From Eledone cirrhosa (Eukaryota): a stretch of DNA of 64,000 nucleotides. The notes beneath the pieces are model-generated. The model did not search any database. It was not told the origin of the DNA and saw only the letters and a program-made list of their open reading frames with translations. The stretch covers positions 6,200,001 through 6,264,000 of the forward strand of contig OZ024759.1 of the NCBI GenBank assembly GCA_964016885.1. The letters run 5' to 3'. The position numbers were made by a program, and so were the translations under genes. This document shows, one piece after another, positions 54,001-64,000 of the stretch (positions within the stretch are counted from its first letter, which is position 1; every line of letters starts with the position of its first letter).

Positions 54001-57000
54001 GTGTGGCTGTGTGTGGCTGTGTGTGGCTGTGTGGCTGTGTGTGGCTGTGTGTGGATGTGTGGCTGTGTGTGGCTGTGTGTGGCTGTGTGTGGCTGTGTGT
54101 GGCTGTGTGTGGCTGTGTGGCTGTGTGTGGCTGTGTGTGTGTGTGGCTGTGTGGCTGTGTGTGGCTGTGTGACTGTGTGGCTGTGTGTGGCTGTGTGTGG
54201 CTGTGTGTGGCTATGTGTGGCTGTGTGGCTGTGTGTGGCTGTGTGGCTGTGTGTGGCTCTGTGGCTGTGTGTGTGTGTGGCTGTGTGGCCGTGTGTGGCT
54301 GTGTGTGGCTGTGTGTGGCTGTGTGGCTGTGTGTGGCTGTGTGGCTGTGTGTGGCTGTGTGACTGTGTGGCTGTGTGTGGCTGTGTGGCTGTGTGTGGCT
54401 GTGTGTGGCTGTGTGTGGCTGTGTGGCTGTGTGTGGCTGTGTGGCTGTGTGTGGCTGTGTGTGGCTGTGTGTGGCTGTGTGTGGCTGTGTGGCTGTGTGG
54501 CTGTGTGTGGCTGTGTGTGGCTCTGTGGCTGTGTGTGGCTGTGTGTGGCTATGTGTGGCTGTGTGACCGTGTGTGGCTGTGTGTGGCTGTGTGGCTGTGT
54601 GTGGCTCTGTGTGGCTGTGTGTGGCTGTGTGGCTGTGTGTGGCTGTGTGGCTGTGTGTGGCTGTGTGTGGCTGTGTGTGGCTGTGTGTGGCTGTGTGGCT
54701 GTGTGGCTGTGTGGCTGTGTGTGGCTGTGTGGCTGTGTGGCTGTGTGTGGCTGTATATGGCTGTATATGGCTGTGTGTGGCTGTGTGTGGCTATGTGTGG
54801 CTGTGTGTGGCTGTGTGTGGCTGTGTGTGGCTGTGTGGCTGTGTGTGGCTGTGTGTGGCTGTGTGGCTGTGTGTGGCTGTGTGTGGCTGTGTGGCTGTGT
54901 GGCTGTGTGTGGCTGTGTGGCTGTGTGTTGCTGTGTGGCTGTGTGTGGCTGTGTGTGGCTGTGTGTGGCTGTGTGTGGCTGTGTGTGGCTATGTGTGGCT
55001 ATGTGGCTGTGTGGCTGTGTGGCTGTGTGTGGCTGTGTGTGGCTGTGTGTGGCTGTGTGTGGCTGTGTGGCTGTGTGTGGCTGTGTGTGGCTGTGTGTGG
55101 CTGTGTGGCTGTGTGTGGCTGTGTGTGGCTATGTGGCTGTGTGTGGCTGTGTGTGGCTGTGTGGCTGTGTGTAGCTGTGTGTGGCTGTGTGGCTGTGTGT
55201 GGCTGTGTGGCTGTGTGTGGCTATGTGGCTGTGTGTGGCTGTGTGGCTGTGTGTGGCTGTGTGTGGCTGTGTGTGGCTGTGTGTGGCTGTGTGTGGCTGT
55301 GTGTGGCTGTGTGTGGCTGTGTGGCTGTGTGTGGCTGTGTGTGGCTGTGTGTGGCTGTGTGGCTGTGAGTGGCTGTGTGTGGCTGTGTGGTTGTGTGTAG
55401 CTGTGTGTGGCTGTGTGTGGCTGTGTGTGGCTGTGTGGCTGTGTGGCTGTGTGTGGCTGTGTGTGGATGTGTGTGGCTGTGTGTGGCTGTGTGGCTGTGT
55501 GTGGCTGTGTGTGGATGTGTGTGGATGTGTGTGGCTGTGTGGCTGTGTGTGGCTGTGTGGCTGTGTGTGGCTGTGTGTGGATGTGTGTGGCTGTGTGTGG
55601 CTGTGTGGCTGTGAGTGGCTGTGTGTGGCTGTGTGACTGTGTGGCTGTGTGTGGCTGTGTGGCTGTGTGGCTGTGTGTGGCTGTGTGTGGCTGTGTGTGG
55701 CTGTGTGTGGCTGTGTGTGGCTGTGTGGCTGTGTGTGGCTGTGTGTGGATGTGTGTGGCTGTGTGTGGCTGTGTGTGGCTGTGTGGCTGTGTGTGGCTGT
55801 GTGTGGCTGTGTGGCTGTGTGTGGCTGTGTGGCTGTGTGTGGCTGTGTGGCTGTGTGTGGCTGTGTGTGGCTGTGTGGCTGTGTGTGGCTGTGTGTGGCT
55901 GTGTGGCTGTGTGTGGCTGTGTGTGGCTGTGTGTGGCTGTGTGTGGCTGTGTGGCTGTGTGTGGCTGTGTGTGGATGTGTGTGGCTGTGTGTGGCTGTGT
56001 GTGGCTGTGTGGCTGTGTGTGGCTGTGTGTGGCTGTGTGGCTGTGTGTGGCTGTGTGGCTGTGTGTGGCTGTGTGGCTGTGTGTGGCTGTGTGTGGCTGT
56101 GTGGCTGTGTGTGGCTGTGTGGCTGTGTGGCTGTGTGGGTGTGTGTGGCTGTGTGGCTGTGTGTGGCTGTGTGGCTCTGTGTGGCTGTGTGTGGATCTGT
56201 GGCTGTGTGTGGCTGTGTGGCTGTGTGTGGCTGTGTGTGGCTGTGTGTGGCTGTGTGGCTGTGTGGCTGTGTGTGGCTGTGTGTGGCTGTGTGTGGCTAT
56301 GTGTGGCTGTGTGGCTGTGTGTGGCTGTGTGTGGATGTGTGTGGCTGTGTGGCTGTGTGTGGCTGTGTGGCTGTGTGTGGCTGTGTGTGGCTGTGTGGCT
56401 GTGTGTGGATGTGTGTGGCTGTGTGGCTGTGTGGCTGTGTGTGGCTGTGTGTGGCTGTGTGGCTGTGTGTGGCTGTGTGGCTGTGTGGCTGTGTGGGTGT
56501 GTGTGGCTGTGTGGCTGTGTGTGGCTGTGTGGCTGTGTGTGGCTGTGTGGCTGTGTGTGGATCTGTGGCTGTGTGTGGCTGTGTGGCTGTGTGGCTGTGT
56601 GTGGCTGTGTGGCTGTGTGTGGCTGTGTGGCTGTGTGTGGCTGTGTGGCTCTGTGTGGCTGTGTGTGGATCTGTGGCTGTGTGTGGCTGTGTGGCTGTGT
56701 GTGGCTGTGTGTGGCTGTGTGTGGCTGTGTGGCTGTGTGGCTGTGTGTGGCTGTGTGGCTGTGTGTGGCTGTGTGTGGCTGTGTGTGGCTATGAGTGGCT
56801 GTGTGTGGCTGTGTGTGGCTGTGTGTGGATGTGTGTAGCTGTGTGGCTGTGTGGCTGTGTGTGGCTGTGTGTGGCTGTGTGTGGCTGTGTGTGGCTGTGT
56901 GGCTGTGTGTGGCTGTGTGGCTGTGTGTGGCTGTGTGTGGCTGTGTGTGGCTATGAGTGGCTGTGTGTGGCTGTGTGTGGCTGTGTGTGGATGTGTGTAG

Positions 57001-60000
57001 CTGTGTGGCTGTGTGGCTGTGTGTGGCTGTGTGTGGCTGTGTGTGGCTGTGTGTGGCTGTGTGTGGCTGTGTGTGGCTGCGTGTGGCTGTGTGTGGCTGT
57101 GTGTGGCTGTGTGTGGCTGTGTGGCTGTGTGTGGCTGTGTGTGGCTGTGTGGCTGTGTGTTGCTGTGTGGCTGTGTGTGGCTCTGTGTGGCTGTGTGGCT
57201 CTGTGTGGCTGTGTGGCTGTGTGTGGCTGTGTGTGGCTGTGTGTGGCTGTGTGGCTGTGTGTGGCTGTCTGTGGCTGTGTGTGGCTGTGTGTGGCTGTGT
57301 GGCTGTGTGTGGCTGTGTGGCTGTGTGTGGCTGTGTGGCTGTATGTGGCTGTGTGGCTGTGTGTGGCTGTGTGTGGCTGTGTGTGGCTGTGTGTGGCTGT
57401 GTGGCTGTGTGGCTGTGTGGCTGTGTGTGGCTGTATATGGCTGTATATGGCTGTGTGTGGCTGTGTGTGGCTATGTGTGGCTGTGTGTGGCTGTGTGTGG
57501 CTGTGAGTGGCTGTGTGTGGCTGTGTGGCTGTGTGGCTGTGTGTGGCTGTGTGGCTGTGTGTTGCTGTGTGGCTGTGTGTGGCTCTGTGTGGCTGTGTGG
57601 CTCTGTGTGGCTGTGTGGCTGTGTGTGGCTGTGTGGCTGTGTGTGGCTGTGTGGCTGTGTGTGGCTGTGTGTGGCTGTGTGTGGCTGTGTGTGGCTGTGT
57701 GGCTGTGTGGCTGTGTGGCTGTGTGTGGCTGTATATGGCTGTATATGGCTGTGTGTGGCTGTGTGTGGCTATGTGTGGCTGTGTGTGGCTGTGTGTGGCT
57801 GTGTGTGGCTGTGTGTGGCTGTGTGGCTGTGTGGCTGTGTGTGGCTGTGTGTGGCTGTGTGTGGCTGTGTGGCTGTGTGTGGCTCTGTGTGGCTGTGTGG
57901 CTGTGTGGCTGTGTGGCTGTGTGTGGCTGTGTGGCTGTGTGGCTGTGTGGCTGTGTGGCTGTGTGGCTGTGTGGCTGTGTGTGGCTGTGTGGCTGTGTGT
58001 GGCTGTGTGTGGCTGTGTGTGGCTGTGTGGCTGTGTGTGGCTGTGTGGCTGTGTGGCTGTGTGTGGCTGTATATGGCTGTTTATGGCTGTGTGTGGCTGT
58101 GTGTGGCTATGTGTGGCTGTGTGTGGCTGTGTGGCTGTGTGTGGCTGTGTGTGGCTGTGTGGCTGTGTGGCTGTGTGTGGCTGTGTGGCTGTGTGTTGCT
58201 GTGTGGCTGTGTGTGGCTGTGTGTGGCTGTGTGTGGCTGTGTGTGGCTGTGTGTGGCTATGTGTGGCTATGTGGCTGTGTGGCTGTGTGGCTGTGTGTGG
58301 CTGTGTGGCTGTGTGTGGCTATGTGTGGCTGTGTGTGGCTGTGTGTGGCTGTGTGTGGCTGTGTGTGGCTGTGTGGCTGTGTGTGGCTGTGTGGCTGTGT
58401 GTGGCTGTGTGTGGCTGTGTGGCTGTGTGTGGCTGTGTGTGGCTATGTGGCTGTGTGTGGCTGTGTGTGGCTGTGTGGCTGTGTGTGGCTGTGTGTGGCT
58501 GTGTGGCTGTGTGTGGCTGTGTGGCTATGTGGCTGTGTGTGGCTGTGTGGCTGTGTGTGGCTGCGTGTGGCTGCGTGTGGCTGTGTGCGGCTGTGTGTGG
58601 CTGTGTGGCTGTGTGTGGCTGTGTGGCTGTGTGTGGCTGTGTGGCTGTGTGGCTGTGTGTGGTTGTGTGTAGCTGTGTGTGGCTGTGTGTGGCTGTGTGT
58701 GGCTGTGTGGCTGTGTGTGGCTGTGTGTGGATGTGTGTGGCTGTGTGTGGCTGTGTGTGGCTGTGTGGCTGTGTGTGGCTGTGTGGCTGTGTGTGGCTGT
58801 GTGTGGATGTGTGTGGCTGTGTGTGGCTGTGTGTAGCTGTGTGTGGCTGTGTGTGGCTATGTGTGGCTGTGTGTGGCTGTGTGGCTGTGTGGCTGTGTGG
58901 GTGTGTGTGGCTGTGTGGCTGTGTGTGGCTGTGTGTGGCTGTGTGGCTGTGTGTGGCTGTGTGGCTGTGTGGCTGTGTGGGTGTGTGTGGCTGTGTGGCT
59001 GTGTGGCTGTGTGTGGCTGTGTGTGGATCTGTGGCTGTGTGTGGCTGTGTGGCTGTGTGGCTGTGTGTGGCTGTGTGTGGCTGTGTGGCTGTGTGTGGCT
59101 GTGTGGCTGTGTGTGGCTGTGTGTGGCTGTGTGGCTCTGTGTGGCTGTGTGTGGATCTGTGGCTGTGTGTGGCTGTGTGGCTGTGTGGCTGTGTGTGGCT
59201 GTGTGTGGCTGTGTGTGGCTGTGTGTGGCTGTGTGGCTGTGTGGCTGTGTGTGGCTGTGTGGCTCTGTGTGGCTGTGTGTGGATCTGTGGCTGTGTGTGG
59301 CTGTGTGGCTGTGTGTGGCTGTGTGTGGCTGTGTGGCTGTGTGGCTGTGTGTGGCTGTGTGTGGCTGTGTGTGGCTGTGTGTGGCTGTGTGGCTGTGTGT
59401 GGCTGTGTGGCTGTGTGTGGCTGTGTGTGGCTATGAGTGGCTGTGTGTGGCTGTGTGTGGCTGTGTGTGGATGTGTGTAGCTGTGTGGCTGTGTGGCTGT
59501 GTGTGGCTGTGTGTGGCTGTGTGTGGCTGTGTGTGGCTGTGTGTGGCTGTGTGTGGCTGCGTGTGGCTGTGTGTGGCTGTGTGTGGCTGTGTGTGGCTGT
59601 GTGGCTGTGTGTGGCTGTGTGGCTGTGTGTGGCTGTGTGTGGCTGTGTGTGGCTGTGTGGCTGTGTGTGGCTGTGTGGCTGTGTGTGGCTGTGTGTGGCT
59701 GTGTGGCTGTGTGTGGCTGTGTGGCTGTGTGTGGCTGTGTGGGTGTGTGTGGCTGTGTGGCTGTGTGTGGCTGTGTGTGGCTGTGTGTGGCTGTGTGTGG
59801 CTGTGTGTGGCTGTGTGGCTGTGTGGCTGTGTGGCTGTGTGTGGCTGTGTGTGGCTGTGTGTGGCTGTGTGTGGCTGTGTGTGGCTGTGTGGCTGTGTGG
59901 CTGTGTGTGGCTGTGTGGCTGTGTGTGGCTGTGTGGCTGTGTGTGGCTGTGTGGCTGTGTGTGGCTGTGTGTGGCTGTGTGGCTGTGTGTGGCTGTGTGT

Positions 60001-63000
60001 GGCTGTGTGGCTGTGTGTGGCTGTGTGTGGCTGTGTGGCTGTGTGTGGCTGTGTGTGGCTGTGTGTGGCTGTGTGTGGCTGTGTGGCTGTGTGTGTCTGT
60101 GTGTGGCTGTGTGGCTGTGTGTGGCTGTGTGACTGCGTGGCTGTGTGTGGCTGTGTGGCTGTGTGTGGCTGTGTGTGGCTGTGTGTGGCTGTGTGTGGCT
60201 GTGTGGCTGTGTGGCTGTGTGTGGCTGTGTGTGGCTGTGTGTGGCTGTGTGGCTGTGTGTGGCTGTGTGTGGCTGTGTGTGGCTGTGTGTGGCTATGTGT
60301 GGCTGTGTGTGGCTGTGTGGCTGTGTGTGGCTGTGTGGCTGTGTGTGGCTATGTGTGGCTGTGTGTGGCTGTGTGTGGCTGTGTGGCTGTGTGGCTGTGT
60401 GTGGTTGTGTGTGGCTGTGTGTGGCTGTGTGTGGCTGTGTGGCTGTGTGTGGCTGTGTGTGGATGTGTGTGGCTGTGTGTGGCTGTGTGTGGCTGTGTGG
60501 CTGTGTGTGGCTGTGTGGCTGTGTGTGGCTGTGTGTGGATGTGTGTGGCTGTGTGTGGCTGTGTGGCTGTGTGTGGATGTGTGTGGCTGTGTGTGGCTGT
60601 GTGTGGCTGTGTGGCTGTGTGTGGCTGTGTGGCTGTGTGTGGCTGTGTGGCTGTGTGTGGCTGTGTGGCTGTGTGGCTGTGTGTGGTTGTGTGTAGCTGT
60701 GTGTGGCTGTGTGTGGCTGTGTGTGGCTGTGTGGCTGTGTGTGGCTGTGTGTGGATGTGTGTGGCTGTGTGTGGCTGTGTGTGGCTGTGTGGCTGTGTGT
60801 GGCTGTGTGGCTGTGTGTGGCTGTGTGTGGATGTGTGTGGCTGTGTGTGGCTGTGTGGCTGTGTGTAGCTGTGTGTGGCTGTGTGTGGCTATGTGTGGCT
60901 GTGTGTGGCTGTGTGGCTGTGTGGGTGTGTGTGGCTGTGTGGCTGTGTGGCTGTGTGTGGCTGTGTGTGGCTGTGTGGCTGTGTGTGGCTGTGTGGCTGT
61001 GTGGCTGTGTGGGTGTGTGTGGCTGTGTGGCTGTGTGGCTGTGTGTGGCTGTGTGTGGATCTGTGGCTGTGTGTGGCTGTGTGGCTGTGTGTGGCTGTGT
61101 GTGGCTGTGTGGCTGTGTGTGGCTGTGTGGCTGTGTGTGGCTGTGTGTGGCTGTGTGGCTCTGTGTGGCTGTGTGTGGATCTGTGGCTGTGTGTGGCTGT
61201 GTGGCTGTGTGGCTGTGTGTGGCTGTGTGGCTGTGTGGCTGTGTGTGGCTGTGTGTGGCTGTGTGTGGCTGTGTGGCTGTGTGTGGCTGTGTGGCTGTGT
61301 GTGGCTGTGTGGCTCTGTGTGGCTGTGTGTGGATCTGTGGCTGTGTGTGGCTGTGTGGCTGTGTGTGGCTGTGTGTGGCTGTGTGGCTGTGTGGCTGTGT
61401 GTGGCTGTGTGTGGCTGTGTGTGGCTGTGTGTGGCTGTGTGGCTGTGTGTGGCTGTGTGGCTGTGTGTGGCTGTGTGTGGCTGTGTGTGGCTATGAGTGG
61501 CTGTGTGTGGCTGTGTGTGGCTGTGTGTGGATGTGTGTAGCTGTGTGGCTGTGTGGCTGTGTGTGGCTGTGTGTGGCTGTGTGTGGCTGTGTGTGGCTGT
61601 GTGTGGCTGTGTGCGGCTGTGTGTGGCTGCGTGTGGCTGTGTGTGGCTGTGTGTGGCTGTGTGTGGCTGTGTGGCTGTGTGTGGCTGTGTGGCTGTGTGT
61701 GGCTGTGTGTGGCTGTGTGGCTGTGTGGCTGTGTGTGGCTGTGTGTGGCTGTGTGTGGCTGTGTGACTGTGTGTGGCTGTGTGGCTGTGTGTGGCTGTGT
61801 GGGTGTGTGTGGCTGTGTGGCTGTGTGTGGCTGTGTGTGGCTGTGTGTGGCTGTGTGTGGCTGTGTGTGGCTGTGTGGCTGTGTGGCTGTGTGGCTGTGT
61901 GTGGCTGTGTGTGGCTGTGTGGCTGTGTGTGGCTGTGTGGCTGTGTGTGGCTGTGTGGCTGTGTGTGGCTGTGTGTGGCTGTGTGGCTGTGTGTGGCTGT
62001 GTGTGGCTGTGTGTCTGTGTGTGGCTGTGTGTGGCTGTGTGGCTGTGTGTGGCTGTGTGTGGCTGTGTTGCTGTGAGTGGCTGTGTGTGGCTGTGTGTGG
62101 CTGTGTGGCTGTGTGTGGCTGTGTGTGGCTGTGTGGCTGTGTGTGGCTGTGTGTGGCTGCGTGTGGCTGTGTGTGGCTGTGTGTGGATGTGTGTGGATGT
62201 ATGTAGCTGTGTGGCTGTGTGTGGCTGTGTGTGGCTGTGTGGCTGTGTGTGGATGTGTGTGGATGTGTGTGGCTGTGTGGCTGTGTGTGGCTGTGTGTGG
62301 CTGTGTGTGGCTCTGTGGCTGTGTGGCTGTGTGGCTGTGTGTGGCTGTGTGGCTGTGTGTGGCTGTGTGTGGCTGCGTGTGGCTGTGTGGCTGTGTGTTG
62401 CTGTGTGTGGCTGTGTGGCTGTGTGGCTGTGTGTGGCTGTGTGTGGCTGTGTGTGGCTGTGTGTGGCTGTGTGGCTGTGTGGCTGTGTGGCTGTGTGTGG
62501 CTGTGTGGCTGTGTGGCTGTGTGGCTGTGTGTGGCTGTGTGTGGCTGTGTGTGGCTGTGTGTGGCTGTGTGGCTGTGTGTGGCTGTGTGTGGCTGTGTGT
62601 GGCTGTGTGGCTGTGTGTGGCTGTGTGTGGCTGTGTGTTGCTGTGTGGCTGTGTGTGGCTGTGTGTGGCTGTGTGTGGCTGTGTGGCTGTGTGTGGCTGT
62701 GTGTGGCTGTGTGTGGCTGTGTGTGGCTGTGTGGCTGTGTGGCTGTGTGTGGCTGTGTGTGGCTGTGTGTGGCTGTGTGTGGCTATGTGTGGCTGTGTGT
62801 GGCTGTGTGTGGCTGTGTGTGGCTGTGTGGCTGTGTGTGGCTGTGTGTGGCTGTGTGGCTGTGTGTGGCTCTGTGGCTGTGTGTGGCTGTGTGGCTGTGT
62901 GGCTGTGTGTGGCTGTGTGTGGCTCTGTGGCCGTGTGTGGCTGTGTGACTGTGTGTGGCTGTGTGGCTGTGTGTGGCTGTGTGTGGCTATGTGGCTGTGT

Positions 63001-64000
63001 GTGGCTGTGTGTGGCTGTGTGTGGCTGTGTGTGGCTGTGTGGCTGTGTGGCTGTGTGTGGCTGTGTGTGGCTGTGTGTGGCTGTGTGTGGCTATGTGTGG
63101 CTGTGTGTGGCTGTGTGTGGCTGTGTGTGGCTGTGTGGCTGTGTGTGGCTGTGTGTGGCTGTGTGGCTGTGTGTGGCTATGTGTGGCTGTGTGTGGCTGT
63201 GTGTGGCTGTGTGGCTGTGTGGCTGTGTGTGGCTGTGAGTGGCTGTGTGGCTGTGTGACTGTATGGCTGTGTGGCTGTGTGTGGCTGTGTGTGGCTGTGT
63301 GGCTGTGTGTGGCTGTGTGTGGCTATGTGGCTGTGTGTGGCTGTGTGTGGCTGTGTGTGGCTGTGTGTGGCTGTGTGGCTGTGTGTGGCTGTGTGTGGCT
63401 GTGTGTGGCTGTGTGTGGCTATGTGGCTGTGTGTGGCTGTGTGTGGCTGTGTGTGGCTGTGTGTGGCTGTGTGGCTGTGTGGCTGTGTGTGGCTGTGTGT
63501 GGCTGTGTGGCTGTGTGGCTGTGTGTGGCTGTGTGTGGCTATGTGTGGCTGTGTGTGGCTGTGTGTGGCTGTGTGTGGCTGTGTGGCTGTGTGTGGCTGT
63601 GTGTGGCTATGTGGCTGTGTGTGGCTATGTGTGGCTGTGTGTGGCTGTGTGTGGCTGTGTGGCTGTGTGGCTGTGTGTGGCTGTGTGTGGCTGTGTGTGG
63701 CTATGTGTGGCTGTGTGTGGCTGTGTGTGGCTGTGTGTGGCTGTGTGTGGCTGTGTGTGGCTGTGTGGCTGTGTGTGGCTGTGTGTGGCTATGTGGCTGT
63801 GTGTGGCTATGTGTGGCTGTGTGTGGCTGTGTGTGGCTGTGTGGCTGTGTGGCTGTGTGTGGCTGTGTGTGGCTGTGTGTGGCTGTGTGTGGCTGTGTGT
63901 GGCTGTGTGTGGCTATGTGTGGCTGTGCGTGGCTGTGTGTGGCTGTGTGTGGCTGTGTGGCTGTGTGTGGCTGTGTGTGGCTGTGTGGCTGTGTGTGGCT
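48051..64000. repeat. Very long compound microsatellite GGCT(GT)n, mostly interspersed 8-mer GGCTGTGT and 10-mer GGCTGTGTGT, truncated by window end
   Basis: Continuous from 48051 to 64000, with sporadic variants (GGAT, GGCTAT, GACT, AGCT, GCGT, GAGT, GGATCT). The plus strand is almost A-free. Confidence 0.99.

Noticed and set aside
47977-63258. Dozens of long Cys/Val/Trp/Gly-rich ORFs (up to 895 aa)
   Set aside because: They are translations of the A-poor GGCT(GT)n repeat, open in all three plus frames because stop codons need A. There is no frame preference, so they are not keratin-associated or metallothionein-like genes.

Overview
Eukaryotic (animal) genomic DNA; the repeat families look cephalopod/octopus-like, but that is inference. 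Three blocks. (1) 1-36016: AT-rich tandem satellite of a 108-bp monomer (about 335 copies, running off the left edge) with nested higher-order duplications. (2) 36017-48050: a piggyBac-like MITE, a splice acceptor and one uninterrupted ~5.4-kb coding exon of anaphase-promoting complex subunit 1 (APC1/ANAPC1). It is followed by a tRNA-derived SINE, an RTE LINE 3' fragment, two decayed RTE LINE copies in tail-to-tail inverted orientation (one with a PHD-like zinc finger inside the RT region) and a Tigger-like MITE. (3) 48051-64000: a >16-kb GGCT(GT)n compound microsatellite running off the right edge, which accounts for all the Cys/Val/Trp-rich ORFs. The N-terminal ~140 aa of APC1 are absent from the window, so the satellite most likely lies inside a >36-kb APC1 intron. 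I found no CRISPR array or other novel protein system. The best candidates for novelty are the APC1 gene architecture, the PHD-in-RT LINE and the structure of the repeat arrays.
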